From a bacterium (GTDB taxonomy: Bacteria; Auribacterota; Auribacteria; Auribacterales; Auribacteraceae): a stretch of DNA of 64,000 bases. The notes beneath the pieces were generated by a model, which worked only from the letters and a program-made list of their open reading frames with translations, made no database searches and was not told where the DNA came from. The stretch covers positions 6,578 to 70,577 of the forward strand of contig JACKPL010000009.1 of NCBI GenBank assembly GCA_024233545.1, given 5' to 3'. Below, in pieces: positions 61,311 through 64,000 of the stretch; within the stretch, counting starts at the first letter, position 1; each line of letters begins with the position of its first letter. A program made the position numbers and the translations under genes.

Positions 61311-64000
61311 GATTCGCCCCTCTTCAATGAGGGGCGTGGATTGAAACGTTATCAATTTCCTCTAATTAACTTCGCAGATCCGATTCGCCCCTCTTCAATG
61401 AGGGGCGTGGATTGAAACGTTTGTGCGCCTCTATCTGGCGTAAAGAGTGGGTTGGATTCGCCCCTCTTCAATGAGGGGCGTGGATTGTCAACCACGACAT
61501 AGCTCGCTTAATCTCTAGTCAGTCAGATTCGCCCTCTTCAATGAGGGCGTGGATTGAACTACCCAAGCACTCCTTATCCTCAAAGAGGAGATGGATTCGC
61601 CCCTCTTCAATGAGGGGCGTGGATTGAAACTTTGAACTGAAAGTGTCTAATTTCTATACATATCGATTCGCCCCTCTTCAATGAGGGGCGTGGATTAAAC
61701 GTGCCTCGCCGAGGGTGGAAACCGGCGAGGAATGATTCTCTTCAATGAGGGGCGTGATTGAAACCCAGACACGTCTAATTTCTATACATATGTCGCATTT
61801 GATTCGCCCCTCTTCAATGAGGGGCGTGGATTGAAACTTTCTCATTATCATCTCAATAATGGGAATAACACTGATTCGCCCCTCTTCAATGAGGGGCGTG
61901 GATTGAACGCGGAAACGACGGTGTGTTTGGAGCGTTCGATTGAGATTCGCCCTCTTCAATGAGGGGCGTGGATTGAAACGTTCCGGAAACATAATCATAT
62001 CCGGAGAATACAAGATTCGCCCCTCTTCAATGAGGGGCGTGGATTGAAACTGAACTCCGCAGGAGATTCGGCAGAGCAAGAGATGATTCGCCCTCTTCAA
62101 TGAGGGGCGTGGATTGAAAACTTAAGAGCATGGAAAAAATCCCATGTTTTTGATCTCGCCCCTCTTCAATGAGGGGCGTGATTGAAACAAAAAATAAAAA
62201 AATGTTGACAATAGGATTCGCCCCTCTTCAATGAGGGGCGTGGATTGAAACAATGAAACGAAAGAACCTTAATAAGAGGTTGAATGGATCGGATCGCCCC
62301 TCTTCAATGAGGGCGTGGATTGAAACAATAGTGTCAACGGAAATAAAGAATATATAGTTTGATTCGCCCCTCTTCAATGAGGGGCGTGGATTGAAACCGT
62401 AGAATAATTTCCAGGTTTGAAGTTTTGATTCGCCCCCTCTTCAATGAGGGGCGTGGATTGAAACCATATAAAATAATCCATAAAATAGCCTGCAGTTCTA
62501 GGATTCGCCCCTCTTCAATGAGGGGCGTGGATTGAAACCCCCGAAAAGCGGGGTGTTTTTTCTGGTTTCAGGATTCGCCCCTCTTCAATGAGGGGCGTGG
62601 ATTGAAACTAAAATGAGTCAAACTGAAATTTTATGAGATTTAGATTCGCCCCTCTTCAATGAGGGGCGTGGATTGAAACACTAATAAAGTTTGTTGATAA
62701 AGCGCGATTACTGGATTCGCCCCCTCTTCAATGAGGGGCGTGGATTGAAACTCCCATACCAAACGAACTGGAACGGCGAAAATTGGATTCGCCCCTCTTC
62801 AATGAGGGGCGTGGATTGAAACATTATGTCGCCGGTTACGGAACCACATTTAAAGGCTGATTCGCCCCTCTTCAATGAGGGCGTGGATTGATAACATAGT
62901 AAAGCGTTATAACCCATCTAGTGATGATTCGCCCCTCTTCAATGAGGGGCGTGGATTGAAACTCGCACAGACGCTCGATCATCATCGCCATAATCAGATT
63001 CGCCCCTCTTCAATGAGGGCGTGGATTGAAACAGTCTATCTTCAAAGCGGCCGGCGGTAAGTGATCGCCCTCTTCAATGAGGGGCGTGGATTGAAACTCG
63101 GGCCTCCCGGCCAATGTTCGCAAGGCTTTCGATTCGCCCCTCTTCAATGAGGGGCGTGGATTGAAACGCCGCCTCTACTGCATTCAATGAGATAAGCCGG
63201 CGGATTCGCCCCTCTTCAATGAGGGGCGTGGATTGAAACACCTTAGGCAGGTTATTAGGTGGTAGTGTTCAGGATTCGCCCCTCTTCAATGAGGGCGTGG
63301 ATTGAAACGAATTGCCACGTCGAGTTTGAACTGCCGGTTCAATGATTCGCCCCTCTTCAATGAGGGGCGTGGATTGAAACATCACTACTTCAGCATATGC
63401 AACTTATATCGACGATTCGCCCTCTTCAATGAGGGGCGTGGATTGAAACCGACTGCGTAATGAATATTATATCCGTGAAGTGATGATTCGCCCTCTTCAA
63501 TGAGGGCGTGGATTGAAACGTTACTTCGGTTAATATAGTAAGAGGAACTATGGATTCGCCCCTCTTCAATGAGGGCGTGGATTGAAACTCCATTACTGGA
63601 GCAAATCGGCGTTAAAGCCTTGATTCGCCCCCTCTTCAATGAGGGGCGTGGATTGAAACGGTATAATGTTTCGGTTTCATTGTTATCACCGATTCGCCTG
63701 CCTTCAATGAGGGCGTGGATTGAAACAGGCAATACTCTTCAACATAAAGCAAGCCGAGAAGGGATTCGCCCCTCTTCAATGAGGGGCGTGGATTGAAACA
63801 ACACGGCAAACCGAAGTTATGTTATGAGAATATAATGATTCGCCCCTCTTCAATGAGGGGCGTGGATTGAAACAACGAGATATTCCCTGATAATCAATGA
63901 TGGCTTGATTCGCCCTCTTCAATGAGGGGCGTGGATTGAAACGCAAGAGATAAACTTCTTCAACTCGTGGATTGGCTTCCCGAAAGAAGATTTCGCCCCT
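61311..64000 (+). CRISPR. type I-C CRISPR array with 38 complete repeats plus one cut by the window end
   Basis: The consensus 37-nt repeat is GATTCGCCCCTCTTCAATGAGGGGCGTGGATTGAAAC, with a 7-bp stem GCCCCTC/GAGGGGC. The period is about 69-73 nt and spacers are mostly 33-36 nt. The first repeats start at 61311, 61382, 61455, 61526 and 61594. Confidence 0.97.

Noticed and set aside
61678-63796. Track ORFs inside the CRISPR array (61678-62100, 62708-62917, 62875-63060, 63385-63732, 63569-63796)
   Set aside because: Their peptides repeat STPLIEEGRI and NPRPSLKRG, which are simply the CRISPR repeat translated on either strand.

Overview
This is a 64-kb chromosomal window from a moderately AT-rich, probably anaerobic bacterium. 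The phylum cannot be assigned from the sequence alone; PEP-CTERM, LamG/TSP3 and choice-of-anchor-type secreted proteins are present.

Core content:
- glnS, with its 5' end cut by the window edge, then pflB-pflA.
- An MCP gene with an adjacent periplasmic sensor-like gene.
- tadA.
- A 12-kb co-directional minus-strand string: parA-parB-atpZ-atpI-atpB-atpE(double)-atpE-atpF-atpH-atpA-atpG-atpD-atpC-M48 peptidase-rsmI-GT2.
- Two ArnT/PMT-like glycosyltransferases, two TPR proteins and a GNAT-nitrilase fusion.
- Four tRNA-Ser genes, one for each serine anticodon (CGA, TGA, GCT, GGA).

Accessory content:
- A class D beta-lactamase islet bounded by a duplicated tRNA-Ser 3' end.
- Decayed mobile or defence debris: an internally deleted Fic gene, a gene with a HEPN-like R-x4-H motif, a RayT-like transposase tail, an FRG gene between REP-like hairpins, and a Zn-ribbon gene followed by a wrecked PD-(D/E)xK nuclease.
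- A 1.4-kb array of about 10.3 tandem 137-bp units built around the same REP-like hairpin.
- A complete type I-C CRISPR-Cas locus (cas3-cas5-cas8c-cas7-cas4-cas1-cas2) with at least 38 repeats of 37 nt running off the window end. It sits just downstream of tRNA-Ser(GGA) and an integrase fragment.

The most unusual items are the 137-bp hairpin array and the ATP synthase rotor genes. The rotor genes are a fused double c subunit that has lost one carboxylate, plus a single c subunit with a two-carboxylate Na+-type motif.

Caveats: more than half of the CRISPR repeats differ only by homopolymer length, so single frameshifts at A/G runs elsewhere may be assembly artefacts. All calls come from reading the sequence and ORF track by eye; no searches were run.
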